Shown piece by piece: positions 45,835 to 56,381 of a DNA stretch of 64,000 bases; position 1 is the stretch's first letter, and every line of letters starts with the position of its first letter. This DNA comes from Candidatus Paracaedibacteraceae bacterium (GTDB taxonomy: Bacteria > Pseudomonadota > Alphaproteobacteria > Paracaedibacterales > CAIOTO01). The notes beneath the pieces were generated by a model. That model had not been told where the DNA came from. It did no database searches and saw nothing but the letters and a program-made list of their open reading frames with translations. Where the stretch lies: contig JAUYTZ010000018.1 of assembly GCA_030694965.1 (NCBI GenBank), positions 303,757 to 367,756 of the forward strand, written 5' to 3'. Both the position numbers and the translations under genes were made by a program.

Positions 45835-47781
45835 ATGCGTGTGCCTTTTTTTTGGCAAAAATATAAATATATATCCAGTATTTGCCTACTTGTATTGCTC
45901 ACGAGCTGCAGCTGGTTTGAAAAGACAGAAGATGACCCGACGAAAGATTTATTTAAATCTGAGGGAATCCATTATGACGTAGTATTTTCATCAAGCATGC
46001 CAAGCTCACTAGATGCAAGCATTCGAAAAAATTCAAAGTTATTACGCCTTGCGATAAACCGACCTTCGTCTAAAAATGCATTGTTAAATCGTGCACAAAA
46101 AGATCAAGAAGCATTTCTCTACATTCTTCAAATGGAGGGGTATTTTGATGGAAAAGTTGAGTTTAAAGTGCATGATTTAATACATAAAGATGGTAAAGAA
46201 AAAGAAGTTAATGATGAAAATTTAAGTGCAGAAAAATCTCAAATAAAAATCGAATTTATAATAATACCAGGGCAACGTTATTCTATAGGTGGTTTAAATA
46301 TAAACACGGAAGGCCTTTCTAATTTTAAAGAAAAACAAACTGTACGCTTAACGGAAGATATAATAGGTTTAAAAACTGGTGATGTTGTTGAACTTAATAA
46401 GATAGAAGATGTGAAGCAAAAAATTAAAAAATATTTTGTTGAGCATGGATACCCCTTTGTTGAAATTAATTATCCTATAGGCACGATAAATAAAGCTGAA
46501 CATCTTTTGTTTATAACGTTTCCGGTGATACTGAATCAGTACGCCATTATTGCAGGAACAAAAATAGAAGGATTGACTCAAATTAAGGCTGAGTTTGTCG
46601 AAAATCGAATTAAATGGCAAAATGGTGAGTGCTATAACGAAAAAAATGTTAAGCGCACGCAAAAGAAAATGCTGGCATCTAACATTATATCAAATTTCCA
46701 AGTAACTCCTGAAGTCATTTCACGCACAAATGATGAATCATCGCCTGATACGCTCGTTTTAATGCGTGTGAAAGCATCTGAAGGAAAACCCCGAACTATT
46801 GGTGCAGGTGCTCGTTACTCAACTTCAGAAGGAATTGGTGGACGTGTGTTTTGGCATCATAATAATGTTTTTGGTAATGGTGAACACTTGGGCGCTTCTT
46901 ATAAGACGTCAACCCGCGAACAACGTGGGAAGATCTCTTATGATATACCAGATATTGGCGGCCCTGAAAATATTTTGTCATTTCAAGAAATTTGGTTGCG
47001 CGAAAAAACACGAGGATACAGTGGACGTACGATTACAACCGGAGTATCTTATGAGGTTCCTATCAAAGACAGCTTGCATATTTCTGGGGGGATTGTTAAC
47101 GATGCAAGCCATTTATATGCGCAGAATCTTATATTTAATAGCCACTTAATAGGTATCCCCATTATCGCAAAAGTTGATACAAGTAATGATTTTTTGGATC
47201 CTTCGCAAGGAATGAGAGTTACACTTGAAGGCACACCTTATTGGGGGAAATTAGGCGGAAAAAAAATGCAAGTTACACGTGCACTAGGAAATTTACAATT
47301 CTATTTGCCATTAAAGCAAAATGAATTAGGTGAAGGGCAATTTGTTTTGGCGAGCTATATTAAAGCTGGTACACTTTTTATTCCCAACTTTAATCTTACG
47401 CCGCCTAATAAGCGCTTCTACGGGGGAGGGGCATCCTCTATTCGTAGCTATGGATATCAGATGGTTGGTCCTTTGGATGCATCAAATATACCTACTGGCG
47501 GCAGATCTATTTCTGAGTGGGGTACCGAAATTAGGATGAGAGCAACTGAACGTATAGGATTAGCTACTTTTTTTGAAGCAGCAACCGTAACAACAAAACG
47601 AACACCAGAATTTGGCAGTAAAAACACATTGTATGGAGCAGGAGTAGGTGTGCGTTACTTTAGTGGTTTTGGCCCTATACGTTTTGATGTCGCTTTTCCA
47701 TTTACGCGCAGGCGTAATGTGAATAGAAAGCACATTGACTCAGCATTTCAATTCTATATTAGTGTAGGGCAGGCGTTTTAG
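45835..47781 (+). CDS. Omp85-family outer-membrane protein, TamA-like, with lipobox signal
   Basis: POTRA-like N-terminal region, a beta-barrel with GAGARYSTSEGIGGRVFWHHNNVFGNGE, and a C-terminal aromatic end FYISVGQAF. N-terminus MRVPFFWQKYKYISSICLLVLLTSC. Confidence 0.8.
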   Translation: MRVPFFWQKYKYISSICLLVLLTSCSWFEKTEDDPTKDLFKSEGIHYDVVFSSSMPSSLDASIRKNSKLLRLAINRPSSKNALLNRAQKDQEAFLYILQMEGYFDGKVEFKVHDLIHKDGKEKEVNDENLSAEKSQIKIEFIIIPGQRYSIGGLNINTEGLSNFKEKQTVRLTEDIIGLKTGDVVELNKIEDVKQKIKKYFVEHGYPFVEINYPIGTINKAEHLLFITFPVILNQYAIIAGTKIEGLTQIKAEFVENRIKWQNGECYNEKNVKRTQKKMLASNIISNFQVTPEVISRTNDESSPDTLVLMRVKASEGKPRTIGAGARYSTSEGIGGRVFWHHNNVFGNGEHLGASYKTSTREQRGKISYDIPDIGGPENILSFQEIWLREKTRGYSGRTITTGVSYEVPIKDSLHISGGIVNDASHLYAQNLIFNSHLIGIPIIAKVDTSNDFLDPSQGMRVTLEGTPYWGKLGGKKMQVTRALGNLQFYLPLKQNELGEGQFVLASYIKAGTLFIPNFNLTPPNKRFYGGGASSIRSYGYQMVGPLDASNIPTGGRSISEWGTEIRMRATERIGLATFFEAATVTTKRTPEFGSKNTLYGAGVGVRYFSGFGPIRFDVAFPFTRRRNVNRKHIDSAFQFYISVGQAF

Positions 47782-47848
47782 TTGAGTATTTCGCATAAAA
47801 TTGCTACGATTTTTTTAACCTTAAATTTTAAAAAAGAATAAATAGATT

Positions 47849-48661
47849 ATGATCGATAACATGAATGGTGAAGCGTTGGAAGTAAAAAATATAGAGCAAG
47901 TTCGAGATATACCTTTTATTGACGTGCGCGGACTATCGAAAGCATTTGGCCGTAATGCTATTTTAAATGAAGTTTCATTTTCCCTTAATAGAGGCGAATC
48001 TTTTGTTATTATTGGTGGTTCTGGTACTGGAAAATCTGTTTTGATTAAGTCTATTTTAGGATTGATTGATCCAGATAAAGGTGAAATACGCATTGATGGT
48101 GTATTGTTTAGCACGTTATCTGCTAATGAACGCCGAAAAACACTTAAACGCTTTGGCATGTTATTCCAAGGTGGTGCATTGTTTGATAGTATGACAATTG
48201 CTGAAAATATTGCTTTTGGACTCGTTCAAGGAGCTGGTATGAATAAAGAAAAAGCTCGAAAAATAGCATTAGAGAAATTAGATGCTGTTGATTTATCTAA
48301 GAAAGTAGCTGACTTATATCCAGCAGAACTATCCGGAGGAATGCAAAAACGTGTAGCGCTTGCGCGTGCGATTGCGACAAACCCTGAAGTAATTTTCTTC
48401 GATGAACCGACAACCGGACTAGACCCCATTATTAGTGGCACAATCAACGATTTAATTGTGCGTTGCGTGCGTGAGATTGGGGCTAGTGCTGTTACAATTA
48501 CTCACGATATAAAAAGCCTTCGTCAAATTGCCGATCGTGTTGGTTTGCTTCATAAAGGGCAGTTTATTTGGCAAGGCACACTTTCTGAAATAGACTGTTC
48601 AGAAAACCCATATTTAGAACAGTTTATTAATGGTAACCCGCACGGTCCATTTACAGATTAA
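47849..48661 (+). CDS. ABC transporter ATPase, MlaF-like
   Basis: Walker A GGSGTGKS, signature LSGGMQKRVALARA, Walker B IFFDEPTTGLDP. An NBD-only protein of about 270 aa. Confidence 0.8.
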   Translation: MIDNMNGEALEVKNIEQVRDIPFIDVRGLSKAFGRNAILNEVSFSLNRGESFVIIGGSGTGKSVLIKSILGLIDPDKGEIRIDGVLFSTLSANERRKTLKRFGMLFQGGALFDSMTIAENIAFGLVQGAGMNKEKARKIALEKLDAVDLSKKVADLYPAELSGGMQKRVALARAIATNPEVIFFDEPTTGLDPIISGTINDLIVRCVREIGASAVTITHDIKSLRQIADRVGLLHKGQFIWQGTLSEIDCSENPYLEQFINGNPHGPFTD

Positions 48662-48716
48662 GCTTTGAACAAAATAAATTGCGATGTTTAGTTTTTATGC
48701 GTGTTTAGCTTGAAGC

Positions 48717-50480
48717 TTAATGTTTGCGACTTGATTGTTTTTTCCAAAGTCTGGCATAAACCCCATCTTGTTCTAGCAAGTCGCTGTGTTTCCCGCCTTC
48801 AACTAATTTTCCATGATCAAGTACATAGATCCAATCTGCATCGATCACAGTCGATAATCGGTGTGCAACTAAAATGGTTGTTCGCCCTTTCATAAGGCGC
48901 GATAGAGCGTCTTGTATTTGACGTTCTGAATCTGTATCAAGAGCAGATGTTGCTTCATCAAGTAACAATATTGGAGTATTTTTCAGCATAGCACGTGCAA
49001 TTGATATGCGCTGTCTTTGACCGCCTGATAACTTGACACCATTCTCACCAACAAAAGTGTTGTAGCCATCCGGTAGTTGCTCTATAAAGTCATGTGCAGC
49101 TGCATCTTTTGCGGCTTGAATTACTTGGTCCAATGAAATTTTGTTTTCAGAATAGGCTATGTTTTCAAGAATTGTGCGATTAAACAGTGCTATTTCTTGG
49201 CTAACAAGGGCTATTTGGCGACGCAAATCATTTGTATGCATGTGTGTGATGTTTATGTCATCGATAAATATAGCGCCTTGATTAATGTCGTAAAAACGTG
49301 GAATTAGGTTAATAATCGTTGATTTTCCAGCGCCACTTGCGCCAACAAGAGCTACGGTTTGCCCCTTTTTTGCTTCGAATGAAAAATTATTAAGCACAGG
49401 TCGCTTTTGGTTTTGGTATGAAAATGTGACATTTTTAAATGCAATATTTCCTGAAACACGGTTAACTATCTGTGGTGTTTCAGGATTTTTAATACTTGGC
49501 GGCATATCTAAAATGTGCAGTACCCGTGCTGCTGCTGCCATTCCTTCTTGCAAGCGGGCATTAAGATTACTGAGGCGTTTTAATGGTTCGTAAACAAGTA
49601 GCAATGCGCCGATAAAAGATGCAAAGTCACCAGGTGTTCTAACGCCGTTCATAACTTCCCAGCCTCCATAACCTAACACACATGCAATTGCTAGGCCCGC
49701 TAATATTTCCATAATTGGATGGGATGCTGATCGAATGCGTGTGGCTTTGTAAATCAACTGGAAAATAGTATTGATTTGGTTTTCTGTATGATTTGATTCT
49801 GCTTGTTCCATACCATAAGCTTTTACAACACGTATGCCTTGAAATATCTGAGTAAGTTGGCTTGTTAAAAGGGCATATTGATCTTGTGTGTGGAACGTTA
49901 CTTTTCTCATGCGTCTGCCAATTTTTAAAATAGGTAGCACGGCTATAGGAAAGACAATAAAAGCAATAGAGGCAAGCATTGGATCACGATAAAACATTAA
50001 AGCAACTAAACTCATTAAGGTAATTGAATCTTTACCTAATGCGATGATTGTGTTTTCCATTGCGTTACGCATCATGTTTACATCATTTGTGAAACATGAA
50101 AGCAACTCGCCGCTAGGAGTTTTATGAAAAAAAGATAAATCAGCCTTCATAAGGTGTTTAAATAAATGATTTTGAATGTCTGATATGATACGTTGTCCAA
50201 CAAAAGTCATGACCACAGATTCGCCGTAGGAAGCTCCTCCTTTTATAAAAAACGCCATAAACACAGCGAAGCATACCCAAAATAAGGTATTTGTATCAGG
50301 GTGTGAGAAGCCATTGTCAACAATTGGCTTAAGCATATAAGGAAGGGCTGTCGTCGCCAACGCAACTAGCACCATAAACAAACAAGCAAGAGCTAAACGG
50401 TTTTTGTAAGGAGCCACAAAATCACGCATGAGACGGCTAATTAGCTTGCGTGAATCGTGCTTTTTAAGAGATGGAAGCAA
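48717..50480 (-). CDS. msbA: ABC exporter permease/ATPase, MsbA-like lipid flippase
   Basis: Six-TM N-terminal domain plus an NBD (GASGAGKST, LSGGQRQR, LLLDEATSALD). Confidence 0.8.
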   Translation of the reverse strand: MLPSLKKHDSRKLISRLMRDFVAPYKNRLALACLFMVLVALATTALPYMLKPIVDNGFSHPDTNTLFWVCFAVFMAFFIKGGASYGESVVMTFVGQRIISDIQNHLFKHLMKADLSFFHKTPSGELLSCFTNDVNMMRNAMENTIIALGKDSITLMSLVALMFYRDPMLASIAFIVFPIAVLPILKIGRRMRKVTFHTQDQYALLTSQLTQIFQGIRVVKAYGMEQAESNHTENQINTIFQLIYKATRIRSASHPIMEILAGLAIACVLGYGGWEVMNGVRTPGDFASFIGALLLVYEPLKRLSNLNARLQEGMAAAARVLHILDMPPSIKNPETPQIVNRVSGNIAFKNVTFSYQNQKRPVLNNFSFEAKKGQTVALVGASGAGKSTIINLIPRFYDINQGAIFIDDINITHMHTNDLRRQIALVSQEIALFNRTILENIAYSENKISLDQVIQAAKDAAAHDFIEQLPDGYNTFVGENGVKLSGGQRQRISIARAMLKNTPILLLDEATSALDTDSERQIQDALSRLMKGRTTILVAHRLSTVIDADWIYVLDHGKLVEGGKHSDLLEQDGVYARLWKKQSSRKH

Positions 50481-50493
50481 TTTCGTATCTTTC

Positions 50494-51390
50494 TTATTTA
50501 TTTTTTTTTATAGGCTCTGAAGTTATGCTTGGTATGTGGCGTATACACAAACGCTTTACACGCCTTGGGTCGGCATCAAGGATTTCAAATTCAATACCTT
50601 TTGGATGAGTAATAAGCTCACCTCTGCTTGGCACTCGACCTGCTAAAAATGTAATTAAACCACTTAATGTATCGATATCTTCATCGTCATCAATAAGATC
50701 AAGTTCTTTTCCAGCAAGTTCATCTAGTTCTTCAAATGTGCAACGTCCATCTGCAATAATAGCACCATCAGAGCGCCAGTTTAGCTGAGGGGATGGTGAC
50801 TGATCGCTTGTATCTTCAATGTCACCAATAATTTCTTCGATGAGTTGTGAAAAAGTAACAAGACCATCAACACCGCCATATTCATCCACAACAATAGCAA
50901 CTTTAAGACCACTTTCACGCATTGTTAAAAGCAAATCGAGTGTACGCATAGCAGGTGAGATAAACATAACTTCTTTGAGTAATGCTTTTAGCATAAATGG
51001 CTTTTGGCTATAAAGCCAAGCAAGCACATCTTTAATTTGGATCATGCCAACTACATGGTCAAGATTATCTTTATAGACAACAATCCATGAAATACCTGTT
51101 TTAACAAACTGCTCAAGCAGCTCAACCTCAGATATTGAGTTAGGCACAGCGATGATATCTGCACGCGGAACCATAATATCATGAGCGGTCAAATCACGTA
51201 GATTGAGGACGTTTCCAAGCAGTAAGCGTTCGTCTGATTCGATGGAGGGAAAGTCCTCATCTGCTTCTTCAATAAGTTCTTCTATGGTTTCACGTACACT
51301 TGTATCATGATCACCTTTGCGACAATAACGCCAAAAACGTTTTATAAAACCAAAATATGTTTTTGCATATCGTTCAGAGACAGCGTTCAT
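50494..51390 (-). CDS. corC: CBS-pair / CorC_HlyC domain protein (CorC/TlyC family)
   Basis: Two CBS motifs followed by the transporter-associated C-terminal domain. Conserved position after ybeY. Confidence 0.85.
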   Translation of the reverse strand: MNAVSERYAKTYFGFIKRFWRYCRKGDHDTSVRETIEELIEEADEDFPSIESDERLLLGNVLNLRDLTAHDIMVPRADIIAVPNSISEVELLEQFVKTGISWIVVYKDNLDHVVGMIQIKDVLAWLYSQKPFMLKALLKEVMFISPAMRTLDLLLTMRESGLKVAIVVDEYGGVDGLVTFSQLIEEIIGDIEDTSDQSPSPQLNWRSDGAIIADGRCTFEELDELAGKELDLIDDDEDIDTLSGLITFLAGRVPSRGELITHPKGIEFEILDADPRRVKRLCIRHIPSITSEPIKKNK

Positions 51391-51395
51391 AGTTT

Positions 51396-51896
51396 TTAAT
51401 TTACCTCGTATGGGTTTGGAATTGAGAATAAGGACAAAATATCTATTTCAAATTGCTCCATCTCCTCGGCTTCATCATCGGTTTCGTGATCGTAGCCAAG
51501 TAAATGCAATAAGCCATGGACAAATAGGTGTGTTAAATGATTTTCAAATGATTTGCTTTGTATATGTGCTTCGTCTTTGATTGTTTCAAGAGCAAAAACA
51601 ATATCACCAAGAGGAACAGGTTCAAATGGTGGCAAAATGTTTAAAAGCGTTTCATCATAACCTGGAAAAGATAATACATTTGTTGGTTTATCTTTATCGC
51701 GATAGATATGATTAAGTTCTTTGATATACGTATTATCTGAAAAAACGACGCTTATTTCACACAGGCGCCGCCAATCAACCATTGAAAGAATTTTGTGAGT
51801 GATCTTGTCAAATAGCTTTAAATCAGGCAAAGGCCAGTCTTCAAAATGGTTGGTGTATTCGATGTTAAATAAAGGCTGTATACTGTCACTACTCAT
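51396..51896 (-). CDS. ybeY: rRNA maturation endoribonuclease YbeY
   Basis: Zinc motif HGLLHLLGYDH. Confidence 0.93.
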   Translation of the reverse strand: MSSDSIQPLFNIEYTNHFEDWPLPDLKLFDKITHKILSMVDWRRLCEISVVFSDNTYIKELNHIYRDKDKPTNVLSFPGYDETLLNILPPFEPVPLGDIVFALETIKDEAHIQSKSFENHLTHLFVHGLLHLLGYDHETDDEAEEMEQFEIDILSLFSIPNPYEVN

Positions 51897-52908
51897 TACT
51901 GTTTATATCGTGATCATAAGCTTTTACGATTTTTGACACAAGAGGATGTCTTACAACATCTGCTTCTGTAAAAAGTGTAAAATTAATATCATCAATACCA
52001 TTTAAAATACGCATAGCCTCTTTTAACCCAGATGTAGTGCCTGAGGGAAGATCTATTTGCGTTAAATCACCATTTATTACCATGCGGGCGTTGCTGCCAA
52101 GACGCGTTAAAAACATTTTCATTTGCATCGCTGTTGTATTTTGGGCTTCATCTAAGATAACAAACGCATCTGTTAACGTTCTGCCTCGCATGAAAGCGAG
52201 TGGCGCAATTTCAATTTCTCTAGATGCAATGTACTTAACAACTTGCTCTGCTGGCAACATATCATGGAGAGCATCGTAAAGTGGACGAAGGTAAGGATCA
52301 ACTTTTTCACGCATATCACCAGGTAAAAATCCAAGATGTTCACCTGCTTCAACAGCTGGCCGTGATAAAATAATGCGCTCAATTTTGCCACTTAGTAGCA
52401 ACGAAACGCCTGCGGCAACTGCAAGATATGTTTTTCCCGTGCCTGCTGGGCCAATGCCAAACACCATGTCGTGATTTTGCATGGCTTGGATGTAATTGCT
52501 TTGCTTTTGAGTGCGTGGATATATTTGGCGGCGTTTTGTTTGAATAAATGTTTGATTTATTTCTTCTAAACCAAGAGGTTCTGTTTGTGTTTGAAATGCA
52601 CCATTTTGTGCTTGCGATGCACCATTTTTGTGTGGTTTTTTTGACAAAAAATGAATGATTGATTCAACTTCGGGCAAATCAACAATCTGTTGCTTTTGTA
52701 ATTTTTGATAAAGTTGTTCAAGTGCCATTTTTGCGCACGAAGTGTTTTCAGCTAATCCTGTAATTGTGAGCCGGTTGCCGCGGATAGCAATGCTTACTGT
52801 TAGAAGCTCTTCTATACGTAAAATATGCTTATCTTGAGGGCCCACTAAATCCATTAGTAAGCGATTGTCAAAAAACTCAATTTGTTTCATTGTTCCATCT
52901 GTTGACAA
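51889..52908 (-). CDS. ybeZ: PhoH-like ATPase
   Basis: Walker A GPAGTGKTYLAV and DEAQN. Overlaps ybeY by 8 nt. Confidence 0.92.
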   Translation of the reverse strand: MSTDGTMKQIEFFDNRLLMDLVGPQDKHILRIEELLTVSIAIRGNRLTITGLAENTSCAKMALEQLYQKLQKQQIVDLPEVESIIHFLSKKPHKNGASQAQNGAFQTQTEPLGLEEINQTFIQTKRRQIYPRTQKQSNYIQAMQNHDMVFGIGPAGTGKTYLAVAAGVSLLLSGKIERIILSRPAVEAGEHLGFLPGDMREKVDPYLRPLYDALHDMLPAEQVVKYIASREIEIAPLAFMRGRTLTDAFVILDEAQNTTAMQMKMFLTRLGSNARMVINGDLTQIDLPSGTTSGLKEAMRILNGIDDINFTLFTEADVVRHPLVSKIVKAYDHDINSNE

Positions 52909-52957
52909 AGCTGTTCTCCTAATGATTTGTATATGTTTTGTTGTATAGCTATATTAA

Positions 52958-53554
52958 CTAACTTTTATTAGGGTGTCCTCTAGAAAAATCAGCTTCAAGC
53001 GCACCCATGGAATGCGGTGCATCAGCTGCTTTCTCTGCACTTAGTGTTGTTGCAAGCTTTGCTTGCGGCATAGAATCCATGATTTTATTATCAATTTCTT
53101 CAATGCGCTGTGATTCATTTTCCATGTTTTCTAAAGCTGCTTCTTTTGCCATTTCTTTTCGTATAGACGAGTTCTTTGTTTGATCTGGTGAAATCTTTTC
53201 AGCTTCAGGGAGTGGAGCTATTTTATTTTTAACAGCGTCTAGGTCAACACTTGGCTTTTGTTCTTTTGTGCCGCGGGGACCTGCAAATTCTAAATAAAGC
53301 TTTTCAGATACTTTTGCGTCTTTTTGTATAAGTTCTGCACTTGTTTTTACTGGATTTTCTGAACCCGGTAAGCTGTCAGTTTCATCAGGGTTGTGTGTAT
53401 AGTTGGCCATATGTGCAAAAAAGTTGCTAATGGATTTTCCAATTTTGCTAAACACGCCTGACTCTTGCTTGGGAGTAGCTGTTTCTGAATATGTAGGGGA
53501 CTGTATGCTCAGAATGCATATAAAGCTGATAAAGGCTGTAAATATACGCGACAT
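52958..53554 (-). CDS. hypothetical secreted protein
   Basis: Signal peptide MSRIFTAFISFICILSIQSPTYS, then a low-complexity charged sequence. No motif recognised. Confidence 0.5.
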   Translation of the reverse strand: MSRIFTAFISFICILSIQSPTYSETATPKQESGVFSKIGKSISNFFAHMANYTHNPDETDSLPGSENPVKTSAELIQKDAKVSEKLYLEFAGPRGTKEQKPSVDLDAVKNKIAPLPEAEKISPDQTKNSSIRKEMAKEAALENMENESQRIEEIDNKIMDSMPQAKLATTLSAEKAADAPHSMGALEADFSRGHPNKS

Positions 53555-53811
53555 GATTTTAAACCTAATTATTTATTTTCTATAGTTAAATGTTAATAGA
53601 AAAAAATTAAAAAATGATTAATGTATTTATTTTTGGTTTTGATTTAAAAAGTCTTTTTTGTTTGAAAAAGCAAAAATTAAATAATAATCCATTTTTTTTA
53701 GATGATTAGTTTCGATTGTTTTATTAAGTCTACTTTTATGTACGGTATGGATGACATTGCACAAAGATTCTGATATGTATAGGTAATGTAATGTTTATAA
53801 AAAATACAAAA

Positions 53812-54414
53812 ATGAACGGTCCTGAACTTACGCATGCTATCTCTTTAATGAGCCGGTTACCTGGGCTTGGACCACGATCGGCGAGACGCCTTGTCTTATA
53901 CTTATTAAAAAAACGACAAGAAGTATTAAAACCACTCATTCAAGCTTTATTTGATATAGATGAGAATATTAAAACATGTGAACAATGTTTTTCACTTGAT
54001 ACACACAGCCCATGTGCTTTATGTACAGATGAGAGACGTGATTCAGCAAGCTTGTGCGTAGTTGCAGATGTAGCTGATGTATGGGCACTTGAGCGTGCTC
54101 AAACATATAGAGGGCGTTATCTTGTACTTGGGGGGCTTTTATCTGCAATTGAAGGTGTGATGCCACATCAGCTTGCTTTTGATCCATTAATAAGGCGTGT
54201 AAATGAGGGCGGGATAATAGAAGTCATTTTAGCACTTAATGCAACTGTTGAGGGACAAACCACACTGCACTATATCGCTGATCTTTTAAGCGCGAGCGGT
54301 GTAAAAATATCAACGCTAGCGCATGGAGTTCCAGTTGGAGGCGAACTTGATTATCTAGATGATGGAACGTTGCATACAGCCTTTAAAGCACGCCGAATAT
54401 TAGAAGCCGCATAA
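53812..54414 (+). CDS. recR: recombination protein RecR
   Basis: HhH LPGLGPRSARRL, C4 zinc finger CEQC...CALC, and a Toprim domain. Confidence 0.92.
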   Translation: MNGPELTHAISLMSRLPGLGPRSARRLVLYLLKKRQEVLKPLIQALFDIDENIKTCEQCFSLDTHSPCALCTDERRDSASLCVVADVADVWALERAQTYRGRYLVLGGLLSAIEGVMPHQLAFDPLIRRVNEGGIIEVILALNATVEGQTTLHYIADLLSASGVKISTLAHGVPVGGELDYLDDGTLHTAFKARRILEAA

Positions 54415-54479
54415 AAAGCATGATTAACTTTAAAAATATCTTGATCTGAATTTGAAAATACGTGTATAAAAGGACAGTC

Positions 54480-54555
<76 letters not shown>

Positions 54556-54764
54556 TGGAAACTGCGAGTTTATAAGTAGTTTTTGGTCCGACATAAAATC
54601 TTGAGTCACCAATAAATCAATGAAAGATTTTTTTCTTTCTTTTATTCGCAATTTTATCCATTTTGCAAAGCTTAGGCATGATTTTTTGTGTTAACAGCAT
54701 TACTTGACCCCACAGCATAAGCAAACTATTATTAAGATAATAAAAGCGTTTAAAAAGGTTGTTC

Positions 54765-56213
54765 ATGAGCTTTAGAGCCGTACTTTTCATCATAGGTATT
54801 TTGCTTAGTGGGCTTGCAGCGACGATGAGTATTCCTTTGTTTGTCGATGCCTTTATTTATAACACGAAAGACTGGCATTCCTTTTTGATTGGTATGTGCA
54901 TTACAGGTTTTTTTGGTTCTGCGATGGCCTTAGCTAGTAGGCCTGATAAAAAGATTGGTCTGGGCACGCGAGAAGCATTCATTACAACAACTCTTATATG
55001 GATTGCTATGTGTGTTTTTGCAGCTCTTCCTATTTATTTTTCGCGTTTACATATTAGCTTTGTTGACTCATGTTTTGAAGCTGTTTCAGCGCTAACTACA
55101 ACAGGATCCACTGTTCTTGTTGGTCTTGATACAATGCCAAAGGGACTATTGTTATGGAGGTCTATTTTGCAATGGCTTGGTGGCGTTGGTATTGTTGTTA
55201 TGGCGATGACTATTTTTCCAGCTCTACGTATTGGTGGAATGCAGCTTTTTAGAAGTGAGTTCTCAGATCGTTCTGAGAAAATATTGCCGCGTGTATCCCA
55301 AATTGCGACAGCTATTTTAACAACATATATTTTTTTTTCGATTCTTTGCTTTATTTTACTATTGCTAGCCGGTATGAATATGTTTGATGCTGTTTGCCAT
55401 ACAATGACATCTATTTCAACAGGCGGTCTTTCAACGCATGATGCTTCTATAGCAGCCTTTAATAGTCCATTGATAGAAAGTATTTTATGCTTTTTTATGT
55501 TTATTGGAGGAAGTGCACTTATTCTTTATGTGCGTTTATGGAATGGAGATTGGAAAGCAATTAAAGATAGCCAGTTGCATGTCTATGCATGGGTGACACT
55601 CGCTGCAACGATTGTGATGACATTTTGGTATTTTTGTACACATAGTCATTCACTTATGCAGTCTTTTCGTTATTGTCTATTTTCAGTAATATCTGTGATT
55701 ACGTCAACAGGGTATACGTTAAGTGATTATTCACTGTGGGGACCTTTTGCGTCTCTTGTTTTTTTTATGCTAAGTTTTTCAGGTGGGTGTACAGGGTCAA
55801 CAACAGGTGGGATTAAAATTTTTAGATTCCAGGTTTTATACCAGTTAGCAAAAAGCCATTTGCATCAATTAAGGCGTCCATATGGTGTATATGTGCCAAT
55901 GTATCAAAATCACAAAATCACAGAAGTCATAGCTTTTTCTGTTTTTACGTTTTTGATTTTATACGTTGTTTCGCTTGTCTTTATTGCGTTAGCATTGTCT
56001 GCAATGGGGTTAGACTTTTTAACAAGTTTAAGTGGAGCTGCATCTTCATTGGGAAATGTCGGTCCAGGATTAGGGTCAGCTGTTGGGCCTGGCACAACGT
56101 TTGCTTCTATCAATATGGGATCAAAAATAATCATGATGTTTGGTATGATTTTAGGTCGTCTTGAACTGCTTACCGTGCTTGTCTTGTTCATGCCTTCATT
56201 CTGGCGTGATTAA
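54765..56213 (+). CDS. trkH: TrkH-family potassium uptake protein
   Basis: Polytopic protein of about 480 aa with repeated selectivity-filter-like segments (TTTGST, SISTGGLS, TSTGYT, LGNVGPG). Confidence 0.88.
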   Translation: MSFRAVLFIIGILLSGLAATMSIPLFVDAFIYNTKDWHSFLIGMCITGFFGSAMALASRPDKKIGLGTREAFITTTLIWIAMCVFAALPIYFSRLHISFVDSCFEAVSALTTTGSTVLVGLDTMPKGLLLWRSILQWLGGVGIVVMAMTIFPALRIGGMQLFRSEFSDRSEKILPRVSQIATAILTTYIFFSILCFILLLLAGMNMFDAVCHTMTSISTGGLSTHDASIAAFNSPLIESILCFFMFIGGSALILYVRLWNGDWKAIKDSQLHVYAWVTLAATIVMTFWYFCTHSHSLMQSFRYCLFSVISVITSTGYTLSDYSLWGPFASLVFFMLSFSGGCTGSTTGGIKIFRFQVLYQLAKSHLHQLRRPYGVYVPMYQNHKITEVIAFSVFTFLILYVVSLVFIALALSAMGLDFLTSLSGAASSLGNVGPGLGSAVGPGTTFASINMGSKIIMMFGMILGRLELLTVLVLFMPSFWRD

Positions 56214-56381
56214 TAATATGGCTTTTTCTTGATGGCGTTAATTACGCTTTCTTTTGTTGATTCGTACTTTATTATTAGGGCTAAATCTTCTGAATGAAAC
56301 GTGTATAAATAGCCAGATTCCCAGAACGACTGATAATGCGTCAGGATGATTTGGTTTTAAATAAATTAAGTTCAAATATAA

